The position numbers and the translations under genes are program-made. Positions 6,711 through 14,066 of a DNA stretch of 24,737 nt are shown here, one piece after another; within the stretch, counting starts at the first letter, position 1, and every line of letters begins with the position of its first letter. Below the pieces are notes generated by a model. It had not been told where the DNA came from. It did no database searches and saw only the letters and a list, made by a program, of their open reading frames with translations. This DNA comes from a virus, in IMG/VR virus record IMGVR_UViG_3300026280_000003. One strand, 5' to 3'.

Positions 6711-6741
6711 AAAAGGTCCGCTCACGAGGAGCGGACCTTTT
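6711..6741. terminator. Bidirectional intrinsic terminator between convergent genes
   Basis: AAAA-GGTCCGCTC-ACGAG-GAGCGGACC-TTTT: 9-bp perfect GC-rich stem flanked by an A-tract and a T-tract; located between the plus-strand stop at 6693 and the minus-strand stop at 6744. Confidence 0.8.
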
Positions 6742-6743
6742 GC

Positions 6744-7244
6744 TCAAATCTCGTCGACGTCCAGCACGTCGAAGCGGGTGTATCCGCCAAGCACAAGCGC
6801 TGATTCGATCGCTTCATCGATCATGAAATAACGTTTCGGCAAGAGTACGAACGGTGTGAACATGCGGTATTCGTATTGATACGTGCTTTCGTCGCGCACG
6901 ATGGCAAAAACGTGATTTCGTTCGGGGCGTTTGTGTACCCCTGTGATGTAATATGCCTTCCTCCCGAGCGCCTGCGCGAGCCTGCACACAGCAAGAGCGA
7001 AATCGTCGCAATCTCCTCCGCCGCGCCTTACGAACGCTGGCAAGTCGTATTGGATGTCGAGAAGTCCCCACAGCGGGTCGGGAATGTAGCGAAAGCGCGT
7101 CATGAAGTTTGCGACATCGTCGAGCGTGCGCATCTTGTATGCCTCGGCAATTTTCCTCGCGTACTCCTTTGCGCCTTTTTTGCCTTTTCGAAAGAGCATT
7201 TTCAAGCGGACGTAGAGGCCGAGCATGCCATGGCCACCCCTCAT
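6744..7244 (-). CDS. Transglutaminase-like cysteine peptidase fold protein, last gene of the lysis cassette
   Basis: GGGDCDDFALAVCRLAQALG matches the transglutaminase-core active-site pattern G-x-C-x-x-F-A; a downstream His (NHVFAIV) and Asp candidates are present. ATGA overlap with the upstream small membrane ORF. Confidence 0.5.
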   Translation of the reverse strand: MRGGHGMLGLYVRLKMLFRKGKKGAKEYARKIAEAYKMRTLDDVANFMTRFRYIPDPLWGLLDIQYDLPAFVRRGGGDCDDFALAVCRLAQALGRKAYYITGVHKRPERNHVFAIVRDESTYQYEYRMFTPFVLLPKRYFMIDEAIESALVLGGYTRFDVLDVDEI

Positions 7245-7411
7245 TTTGTGAACTTGCTCGCCACATTGCTGCCGCAGTAGATTCCGAACAACGCGATAAC
7301 GACGTGGGAAAAGTTATCGTTGTCGATCTTGTCGAAAACTTTGAGGAGAAAAAAAGCCGCAATGAGAAGCAGCGCCAAGATGAATTTGCGGCTTTTCCAC
7401 TTCTCTTCCAT
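7241..7411 (-). CDS. Small two-TM membrane protein (56 aa), holin-like
   Basis: Hand-translated: MEEKWKSRKFILALLLIAAFFLLKVFDKIDNDNFSHVVIALFGIYCGSNVASKFTK. RBS GAGGTGA; two hydrophobic segments; stop overlaps the next start. Not in the ORF track (under 60 aa). Confidence 0.45.
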   Translation of the reverse strand: MEEKWKSRKFILALLLIAAFFLLKVFDKIDNDNFSHVVIALFGIYCGSNVASKFTK

Positions 7412-7415
7412 ACGG

Positions 7416-7778
7416 TCACCTCACGAAGAGCAAAACGAGCGTTCCTATCGTGATCGCTCCGACGACAATCCATGCAACTCTTTTTTGTTTGTCTAACTCT
7501 GTTTTCAGCCTCTGTACTTCTTCAGCAAGCGCTTTCTTTTCCGCTTTCTCGAGCTCCAGCATATCGCGCAAAACTTGCACTTGTTGTTCGAGATTCGCAA
7601 TTTGCGCGCGATAGTTCTGATTCAGCTCCTCCAGCTGTTTGATGTAGTTTGCGAGCAAAATCACCGTTTCTTCGTCGAGATAATATCTGCCGTCCTCGGC
7701 ACGCTGAATGATTTTGTATTCGGCGAAGAGAGAAACGACGGCAAAGAGGATCAACAATATCAGAAGCCTCTTCATCAC
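7416..7778 (-). CDS. Membrane protein with N-terminal signal/TM, central coiled coil and C-terminal TM; spanin-like (unimolecular-spanin architecture, no lipobox Cys)
   Basis: MMKRLLILLILFAVVSLFA... then heptad-rich QLEELNQNYRAQIANLEQQVQVLRDMLELEKAEKKALAEEVQRLKTELDKQ, then WIVVGAITIGTLVLLFV; RBS GGAGGGATCGTG. Confidence 0.45.
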   Translation of the reverse strand: MMKRLLILLILFAVVSLFAEYKIIQRAEDGRYYLDEETVILLANYIKQLEELNQNYRAQIANLEQQVQVLRDMLELEKAEKKALAEEVQRLKTELDKQKRVAWIVVGAITIGTLVLLFVR

Positions 7779-7891
7779 GATCCCTCCAGTCGGAAACCTT
7801 CTTCTTTTATCTCGAACTTTGTTAGCTTACCATCCTTTAAAAGCGCACAACAAAGTCTGCCTTGCTCGTTTACATATGCCCATACACGCAT

Positions 7892-7993
7892 TCACATCAA
7901 GCTCCTTACGATGATTTCGTAGATCTGCACGACGCTATCGAATGCGGAAGCTACTACCGCCACCAGAAGCAACAACACCACGAGGCATCTCAT
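7892..7993 (-). CDS. Small hydrophobic peptide (33 aa)
   Basis: Hand-translated: MRCLVVLLLLVAVVASAFDSVVQIYEIIVRSLM. Strong RBS AAAGGAGG 8 nt upstream; not in the ORF track (under 60 aa). Confidence 0.3.
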   Translation of the reverse strand: MRCLVVLLLLVAVVASAFDSVVQIYEIIVRSLM

Positions 7994-8008
7994 GATTTCG
8001 CCTCCTTT

Positions 8009-8320
8009 TCACTTTTTAAGTTTCTTTAGTACCTCGTTCAAGTACTCAATCGCCTCATCCACGTTGTTGAAGTGCTTTTTGTCGTAGATGATCTTTTCCT
8101 CTGCTTTGAGCTTTTCAAGCTCTTTTTCAAGCTTATCAAGCTCCGCTGTCTTACGTTTTTTAATCTCCTCTAACTCTGTTTTCAGCTGTTGCCTTTGCTT
8201 TTTCTTCGCTAACTCCGCTCCGCCGACGAACGCGACTAACGCGAGGATGAGCCACCAAAACCGCTTGACGAATTCTGTTGACGCTTTGAAAAACTCTTTA
8301 ATCACCTTCACTATTTTCAT
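8009..8320 (-). CDS. Type-II membrane-anchored coiled-coil protein (about 103 aa), i-spanin-like
   Basis: Likely ATG start at about 8320 (RBS GGAAGGTGAG); the track ORF extends to 8380. N-terminal TM FWWLILALVAFVGGA followed by a Lys/Glu-rich coiled coil. Confidence 0.45.
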   Translation of the reverse strand: MKIVKVIKEFFKASTEFVKRFWWLILALVAFVGGAELAKKKQRQQLKTELEEIKKRKTAELDKLEKELEKLKAEEKIIYDKKHFNNVDEAIEYLNEVLKKLKK

Positions 8321-8696
8321 TCGTCTCACCTTCCTTCGTGAGTAGTAAATCAACCAACCTGCGCGCTTGTTCGTTTGCAAGGAAGCTCACAAGACCCGTG
8401 GCGATCGCATCAACAAAATGTTCGTTCTTTCGCACACTGTGCCGCAAAGACTCATGACCCGTTATGTACCCAATTGCGTGCAAGACTTCGTGAAACAATG
8501 TTTGTGCAAACTGAGTTCGTGAGAGAAGCGGAGACACGTAGATGCGAGCATCCTCGAGGTCATAAGCGACGTGAAGTCCTTGTGTGGTTTCAATTTCCAA
8601 GCCTTCCTCTTCGCACGCCTCGGAAAGTTTTTGTTCGTCGCATATAATTCTGTATGGAACGCCTAAAATCCTTACACTTATCTCAAATCCTTTCAT
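8298..8696 (-). CDS. HExxH zinc-metallopeptidase-like protein (132 aa), translationally coupled to the endolysin
   Basis: Motif TLFHEVLHAIGYITGHE (HExxH plus a downstream His/Glu); the start ATG overlaps the endolysin stop (ATGA). Confidence 0.5.
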   Translation of the reverse strand: MKGFEISVRILGVPYRIICDEQKLSEACEEEGLEIETTQGLHVAYDLEDARIYVSPLLSRTQFAQTLFHEVLHAIGYITGHESLRHSVRKNEHFVDAIATGLVSFLANEQARRLVDLLLTKEGETNENSEGD

Positions 8697-9187
8697 CGCT
8701 TACCCTCCCCTTTGAGTCGCCAAAACTCGCTCCAAAAGAGGAAATCAATCAAGTGCGCTTTTGTCTCTTGCGGTACAGCTTCATCGATTTTGCAATTCGA
8801 CGGATCTCGCATCGCCAGCCAATTCAAAACGTTCCCAATACCCCAATTGTATGCCATGACCGCGAGAATGTCGGCACGTTCGTAGTCGAAAAACATTCTG
8901 TAAAGACGTCTAAGATAGCGAATCCCAACAAAGATGTTGCGGTCTGGTCTAAACATGTCATCGTAGTCGAAGTTTGTTGAATAAATCTGGTTTATATCCT
9001 CGAGCGCCGCGCGCGAGACCTGCATAAGTCCTCTCGCATATCCCGAATCCGCGTTAGGATCCCAGGCGCTTTCGGTTTCAATCAGCGCAAAAACGTGGTG
9101 CAACTTCGGAAAGTCCGCGACCTTGTACGCCGTCACAAAGTCAACATAGTGTGCCTCAACTAAGTGTTCAAGCATTTTTCTTGTCAT
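8693..9187 (-). CDS. Endolysin, lytic transglycosylase (SLT domain)
   Basis: Family-1 lytic transglycosylase motifs: ETES (catalytic Glu), GLMQV, and AYNWG; no signal peptide or TM segment. Confidence 0.8.
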   Translation of the reverse strand: MTRKMLEHLVEAHYVDFVTAYKVADFPKLHHVFALIETESAWDPNADSGYARGLMQVSRAALEDINQIYSTNFDYDDMFRPDRNIFVGIRYLRRLYRMFFDYERADILAVMAYNWGIGNVLNWLAMRDPSNCKIDEAVPQETKAHLIDFLFWSEFWRLKGEGKR

Positions 9188-9191
9188 GTCC

Positions 9192-9422
9192 TCACCTCCT
9201 CAGAAGGAAGGAAATTAACAAACTTATAACCGCCGAGGAAGTGAGAACCGCGAGAAAGATTTCACCGACCATGGCTTTCACGACGCCACGAACACGATTT
9301 TCCAAGTAGCCGTTTAGACGATCGGACAAGGACTTGAGTTGCTGTTTTATCTCCTCGATGTCCTTTTCCTGTGCCTTTAACAGTGTTTCAACCGCCGCAA
9401 TTCTTTCGCACAAGTTGTCCAT
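9192..9422 (-). CDS. Small tail-anchored membrane protein (76 aa), holin-like candidate
   Basis: N-terminal coiled coil and C-terminal TM (IFLAVLTSSAVISLLISFLL) ending in RR; RBS GAGGTGG; immediately upstream of the endolysin. Confidence 0.4.
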   Translation of the reverse strand: MDNLCERIAAVETLLKAQEKDIEEIKQQLKSLSDRLNGYLENRVRGVVKAMVGEIFLAVLTSSAVISLLISFLLRR

Positions 9423-9478
9423 TTTCCCACCTCACTTGAACTAGTGTTGTTTTTCTAACCTAAGTTGTCCTATCACAC

Positions 9479-10273
9479 TTATTTTACTTCGACAAGTCTA
9501 ACTTCTTTTTTCTTCTCTTCTCTGTAAAGCTTCACGATCACATGGCATCTGGGAACAAGCGGAAACAGCTTTTGATCCGCATACTTTGCTCGCGCCCACG
9601 CCGACACGCAGACATGAAGAATGTTTCTTTCAATCACTTTCTTGTTCAGAGGATCATACTCCTCGACCGCCGTCATCGCGGTCATTGGCGCGTGCGTGTG
9701 CCCCGTGATGTAAATATCTGCGCGCTGGATTCGTTCGAAAAAGTATCTGTGTTGACGTACGGAGCGTTCTGGAAAACGTCCTCCCGCAACGCCGTGATGG
9801 CATACAATCGAATACTGTGTACGTCCTCTTGAACCGCGCGCAGAGCCGTTCAAAGCTACGTCGACGATCAAAAAATCATCACTGAACGGTACGCCTAACT
9901 CTGTGCAAATCAAGCGAATCGGATCCACACCCGCGACGCGCCACGTGCGACGCTCGTGATTTCCTCCCACAACACCCAAGATGCGTTCTTTCCAGCGCCG
10001 AAGAATGTTAGTCACTTCTTCTATCGCTCGGTGCGGAGGCCTGTCCTGCGAATACACGTCACCGATACTCGAGATTATCGCGTTGTCGATCAAGTCGCCT
10101 AACAGAATTAGCTTGTATTCAGGGTGCATATCCACGAACGCGACAGCTTCGTGAAAGTAACTTCCCGTCTCGCCGATGTGAAGATCCCCGAGAGGCAAGA
10201 TCTCGACCTCGCTTGTGTCGAGGTCATAGCGAACAACACGGCTGATGTCATGCTCCCCCCGCGCCTTGCTCAT
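9479..10273 (-). CDS. Calcineurin-like metallophosphoesterase
   Basis: All signature motifs in order: GDLHIG (GDxH), GDLIDN (GDxxD), GGNHE (GNHE), CHHG, GHTH (GHxH). ATGA overlap with the upstream 56-aa ORF. Confidence 0.8.
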   Translation of the reverse strand: MSKARGEHDISRVVRYDLDTSEVEILPLGDLHIGETGSYFHEAVAFVDMHPEYKLILLGDLIDNAIISSIGDVYSQDRPPHRAIEEVTNILRRWKERILGVVGGNHERRTWRVAGVDPIRLICTELGVPFSDDFLIVDVALNGSARGSRGRTQYSIVCHHGVAGGRFPERSVRQHRYFFERIQRADIYITGHTHAPMTAMTAVEEYDPLNKKVIERNILHVCVSAWARAKYADQKLFPLVPRCHVIVKLYREEKKKEVRLVEVK

Positions 10274-10440
10274 GCGATCACCTCAGTAGTCGCTTGAAAG
10301 ATAGTTTCTCGAAGTTGTTTCAACTCCTCAAGAGTCTTTGCGCGCGCGATAGCTTGTTTCATATCCGCGTTGAATTGGCGTATTTGTTGTCTTTGAGCAA
10401 GTTTAGTCTGAGAAAAGTTTCTTGCACTAAGATTGATCAT
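10270..10440 (-). CDS. Hypothetical small protein (56 aa), translationally coupled to the metallophosphoesterase
   Basis: Hand-translated: MINLSARNFSQTKLAQRQQIRQFNADMKQAIARAKTLEELKQLRETIFQATTEVIA. RBS AAGGAG; stop overlaps the phosphoesterase ATG. Confidence 0.35.
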   Translation of the reverse strand: MINLSARNFSQTKLAQRQQIRQFNADMKQAIARAKTLEELKQLRETIFQATTEVIA

Positions 10441-10454
10441 TCCTCCTCACTCCT

Positions 10455-10898
10455 TCACGGAGTTGAGAAGCGCATGATACCAGCTTGGTTCCAGATGATC
10501 GTGAACTCGCCATTTTCTGAACTTTTGTTTTGTCCAAAATCGACGTATCCGAGCAAGGGCTTCTCGTCTGCGGACGTGCCAATATCCGCATATAGGACCG
10601 CATATCGTGCCGTGATCGTCGCGTTTGGCCAAGACACGTCGTCCGCGTCGAAAATCGTGTAATTGTTCGCCGCGTCGTATGTTAGCGTCTTGTTCGCCAA
10701 AGCTTGCCCGCCGGCTGTGTAGCCTTCCCCTGTGATTTCGTGGCTTACTACGTCAGAAAGAAACTTGTGGTTGTCTTGGTCTGGCGTGTAAGTGTGTGCG
10801 AGAAGCATAACTTTGATAGGGTCGTTTAACAAATCCACAGGGTGCGTGGACAACGCAAGTTTTGGGAACTGTCCATATGCTTTCGCCGTTACTGGCAT
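10455..10898 (-). CDS. Putative tail fibre / receptor-binding associated protein (147 aa)
   Basis: Position at the distal end of the tail module; Thr/Asn/Gly-rich; no motif recognised. Confidence 0.35.
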   Translation of the reverse strand: MPVTAKAYGQFPKLALSTHPVDLLNDPIKVMLLAHTYTPDQDNHKFLSDVVSHEITGEGYTAGGQALANKTLTYDAANNYTIFDADDVSWPNATITARYAVLYADIGTSADEKPLLGYVDFGQNKSSENGEFTIIWNQAGIMRFSTP

Positions 10899-10946
10899 TC
10901 AAAACACCTCCTCGGTCTTTCTTGAAAAGCATCAGCGTCACCTCCT

Positions 10947-11981
10947 TCAGAAAGGACTTTGATCGACCACGGGAATCGTCGTCGTCCCTAAATCTATTTC
11001 CGCCACGACGCGCCCCGAATATCCAGTCAAGGGACTTGCTTCAAGCGCAAGCACAAGACCGAAATATTGAAACCCATCTGGCGCTTCAATTGCTTGCGGA
11101 GTTATATTCGACAAATTCACGTCCACGTATGAGCCTAAAGAAGGCGGATTAAATTCAACTAACAAGTTGTTGATCGCTATCGCGATATAACCTGGCTCAA
11201 AAATGGCAAATTTTGCGTCATAGAGGCGGAATTTTTTCAAATTGCTATGCATCCTCGAATCACGCACAAAGAACGTGTATTGAAGCGCGCTCGTGCGCGG
11301 TCTGATCGAATCTAACCCTGCTTGAAAAGCTGAAATTCTGTAGTGTGGTGTCACTGTGTTAGAACCCTGACCGAGGACAAGCGCGGGATAAGCTATCCCC
11401 CACGCGGTTCTTTCTCGTATTTGCCCATTTATCTCGCGAGCCGGTGGGTGCACTTCGTCGATGCTCGGCATTTGCGACACCGGTTCGGCACCGCTGCGGA
11501 AATACTCTCTAACATAGTTTTGTGTCACCGTTTCGGACTTTCTCTGCCGAAACTCGCCAGGAACCTGACTGGTGAAAGTGTATCCGCCTTCGTATTCTGC
11601 GTAGTAAATCGCATACTTGTTAAAACAAAATTCTGGGAACGTTGACGTGATATCGCTCGGGTAAAGTTTGTCCCGCGGAAAGCCTACATATTGGATATCG
11701 CAAATGGAACCATCTTGGCGCGTGAAATAAATGAAGTCAACAAAACCAGTGTTAGACACGTCACGCAAAATGTGACTAAGCGGACTTAGCAAAAGATTCC
11801 CTTCAACCGCGTAACCCCAATCAGTTATGTTTAATCCAGAATGCGCGAACACTCCGACCTTCAAACCAATTTGGCGTATCGCATTCCATAAAGCTAACAC
11901 ATTTGAAGCGGATCTCACAAAGACAAACGCATTCGTATGTGATGAAAGCGTCCGAATCGCGTTATAGTCCCCAATTTGCAT
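10947..11981 (-). CDS. Putative tail fibre / receptor-binding protein (344 aa)
   Basis: Position in the tail-tip gene block; no motif recognised. Confidence 0.4.
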   Translation of the reverse strand: MQIGDYNAIRTLSSHTNAFVFVRSASNVLALWNAIRQIGLKVGVFAHSGLNITDWGYAVEGNLLLSPLSHILRDVSNTGFVDFIYFTRQDGSICDIQYVGFPRDKLYPSDITSTFPEFCFNKYAIYYAEYEGGYTFTSQVPGEFRQRKSETVTQNYVREYFRSGAEPVSQMPSIDEVHPPAREINGQIRERTAWGIAYPALVLGQGSNTVTPHYRISAFQAGLDSIRPRTSALQYTFFVRDSRMHSNLKKFRLYDAKFAIFEPGYIAIAINNLLVEFNPPSLGSYVDVNLSNITPQAIEAPDGFQYFGLVLALEASPLTGYSGRVVAEIDLGTTTIPVVDQSPF

Positions 11982-11993
11982 CTTAACTCCTCC

Positions 11994-12734
11994 TCATAAT
12001 AATAGATCATACGTTGTTGACGCCGACGTGGTAAAGAACCGGAGATTATGCTTCAACTTCAAACGCAAAATACTCCCTTTTATGCAACGAAAAGGAATCG
12101 AAACGTTGTAAGTGACAGTCAATATCCCTGAAGAGAGCGACAAACTTGGAGCGCAATCCACCGTTTGTTCAATCGTGCAGTTTGTGAAATTCCCATTCAC
12201 AGCTTGCACGAAACGCGTTTCAGGACCCGAAACAACGTAATAAAGAGTGTTATAGAATCGAAAACGATACGCCACTAAATTAGATACGTTCTTTGTCGGC
12301 GCTATTCCCAAATTGACCACTGGAAAAAACTCGGAAGGAGTGAGAAACAGACCCGACCAAATCCTATTAATGAAAGTGTTTCCATAGCTCCAATTAAAGA
12401 TAGGGTCAGCTGAAGAAGTTAGCGCCCCCATGCTCGTGTATTGTGGGAACAAGATCCCATACCCGGCACGGTACGTGCCTTTTTTGATGATAATCGCTCT
12501 AAATTTTGAAACGTTGTTTTCCTTGTAAAAATCAACGTCGATAACAGGACCGTTTAGGAATTGTCCGATTACCCACAAACCTAACGGCGTGTAATCCGCT
12601 CCCACAAATTCCACCTCACTTTGGTAGAAAACAAAACCTTTGCCACGGTCGAACTTGTAACAGCGTATGCGCTGGCCACGCCGAATAGGTTCCCAAATAA
12701 TCATAGCACTCAATTTCTGTGTAGTTGCTAACAT
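11994..12734 (-). CDS. Putative tail-tip/baseplate protein (246 aa by track; start uncertain)
   Basis: Track ORF overlaps the upstream gene by about 119 nt in a different frame; a GTG at about 12614 lies just after the upstream TGA. Confidence 0.35.
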   Translation of the reverse strand: MLATTQKLSAMIIWEPIRRGQRIRCYKFDRGKGFVFYQSEVEFVGADYTPLGLWVIGQFLNGPVIDVDFYKENNVSKFRAIIIKKGTYRAGYGILFPQYTSMGALTSSADPIFNWSYGNTFINRIWSGLFLTPSEFFPVVNLGIAPTKNVSNLVAYRFRFYNTLYYVVSGPETRFVQAVNGNFTNCTIEQTVDCAPSLSLSSGILTVTYNVSIPFRCIKGSILRLKLKHNLRFFTTSASTTYDLLL

Positions 12735-13842
12735 TCAAAGCGCGGTCGCAGAAGAACGCGTACAAATGTCCGAGATTTTCAGTCAAACTTCCTATCAAAT
12801 ACTGTTGCTCTAAAACGAACACGCCTGGGATCTTCGCCATTGTGTCTCCTTGTATGGCATTGGGAATGTCATAGAGGATTTCAGCTTCTTGTTCGCCTTG
12901 GGTGTTGAAAACGCCAATTTTGTTCACTTTTGGCACGAAGAAGCGCGCGCCAGTAGCGTCGAAAAACGCTTGCAGAGCCAGCGTGTCCTCATCTGGAACA
13001 TAAGCAAGTAACCGAGTGTCGCTTATCAGTGTTTCTGCAATCCAAACTTGTTTCGCTGGTCCTGATACAGAAACTATTCCCGCCACTGGCCCCCTTATAA
13101 GCGTCACTGTCGCGATCGTTTCCGCCACGCTCGAACCATCAGACCTAAAAATCTTCATTTCAACCATGTTTTCTATGAACGTGTCGTACTTCGCCACGAC
13201 CATAAACGATTGTGAGTTTTCAATATCTATGTGAGGTATGTCGGGTTCCGCGAAAAGGAGCCTGTGCAAAGCGTTGAATGACACTTTTTGCAAGTATGGA
13301 CCGTACTCTGAGTCGTAAACGATTTCAAAAACACTTACACCCTTATTAGTACGCACGCACACGTACTTTTCGCCAGCACTAATAGACACAGCCGAAAACG
13401 ACGCGCCGATGAGGCCGAACGCTTCCAGATAGTCTCCGCCAAAGTAAAGCCCATAAAACCACCCATATTTCACTCCACGGAAGGCGCATATGAGGCCATT
13501 TATCGCGTAAGGGATAACAACCCGCGGTTCTAACATTGTCACATGAATCTCAGTCGTCGGGATCTCCAACACAGCTGGCGCTTCGAGGCTAACAATGACG
13601 TTCGGAGTCCCTTTATAGAAAAGTTTTTCGACGAGAGGAACAACGTTCATGCCTGGTCCAAACAACAATCTTTGACCGAGCGAATAATCTTTTGTGGCGG
13701 GTAGGTAGCAACTTTCGCCGTTGTAGGAAACCTCTGCCCAGCGCCTTCCTTGCGCGTCTGTGACGAATCGTTCAAGAGGGATGATGTCTATTTCATTTCG
13801 ATACCTTTCAATCACGCGTTCAATTGGATCGCGTCTCATCAT
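12616..13842 (-). CDS. Putative tail-tip/baseplate structural protein (408 aa)
   Basis: Large ORF in the tail module downstream of the tape measure; no motif recognised. Confidence 0.45.
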   Translation of the reverse strand: MMRRDPIERVIERYRNEIDIIPLERFVTDAQGRRWAEVSYNGESCYLPATKDYSLGQRLLFGPGMNVVPLVEKLFYKGTPNVIVSLEAPAVLEIPTTEIHVTMLEPRVVIPYAINGLICAFRGVKYGWFYGLYFGGDYLEAFGLIGASFSAVSISAGEKYVCVRTNKGVSVFEIVYDSEYGPYLQKVSFNALHRLLFAEPDIPHIDIENSQSFMVVAKYDTFIENMVEMKIFRSDGSSVAETIATVTLIRGPVAGIVSVSGPAKQVWIAETLISDTRLLAYVPDEDTLALQAFFDATGARFFVPKVNKIGVFNTQGEQEAEILYDIPNAIQGDTMAKIPGVFVLEQQYLIGSLTENLGHLYAFFCDRALNVSNYTEIECYDYLGTYSAWPAHTLLQVRPWQRFCFLPK

Positions 13843-14066
13843 GTTAAAAGCACCTCAGAACCTTTTCTCAGCGCGACCACACGCATACCTTTTCGCATCC
13901 ACCGCGTCGCAGGGACGGTCGCCGTTGTGCCGTCGTCTAACTCTATTTGTGCCCAGTAAGCCGAAAGTCCCTGAATCTGGTATATTCCAGCTATATGCCC
14001 CGAGACAATCACAGTCGCTTGGGACTCGCGCAGTTTCTTTCCTACTCCGCGTTTTAACTGTCTCAT
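13839..14066 (-). CDS. Hypothetical small tail-module protein (75 aa)
   Basis: ATGA-coupled between two large tail genes. Confidence 0.35.
   Translation of the reverse strand: MRQLKRGVGKKLRESQATVIVSGHIAGIYQIQGLSAYWAQIELDDGTTATVPATRWMRKGMRVVALRKGSEVLLT

Noticed and set aside
6814-7473. 219-aa minus-strand ORF, Arg-rich, overlapping the transglutaminase-like and holin-like genes
   Set aside because: Low-complexity Arg/Ser-rich translation with no RBS, in an alternative frame to ORFs that carry real motifs and coupling signals; judged spurious.
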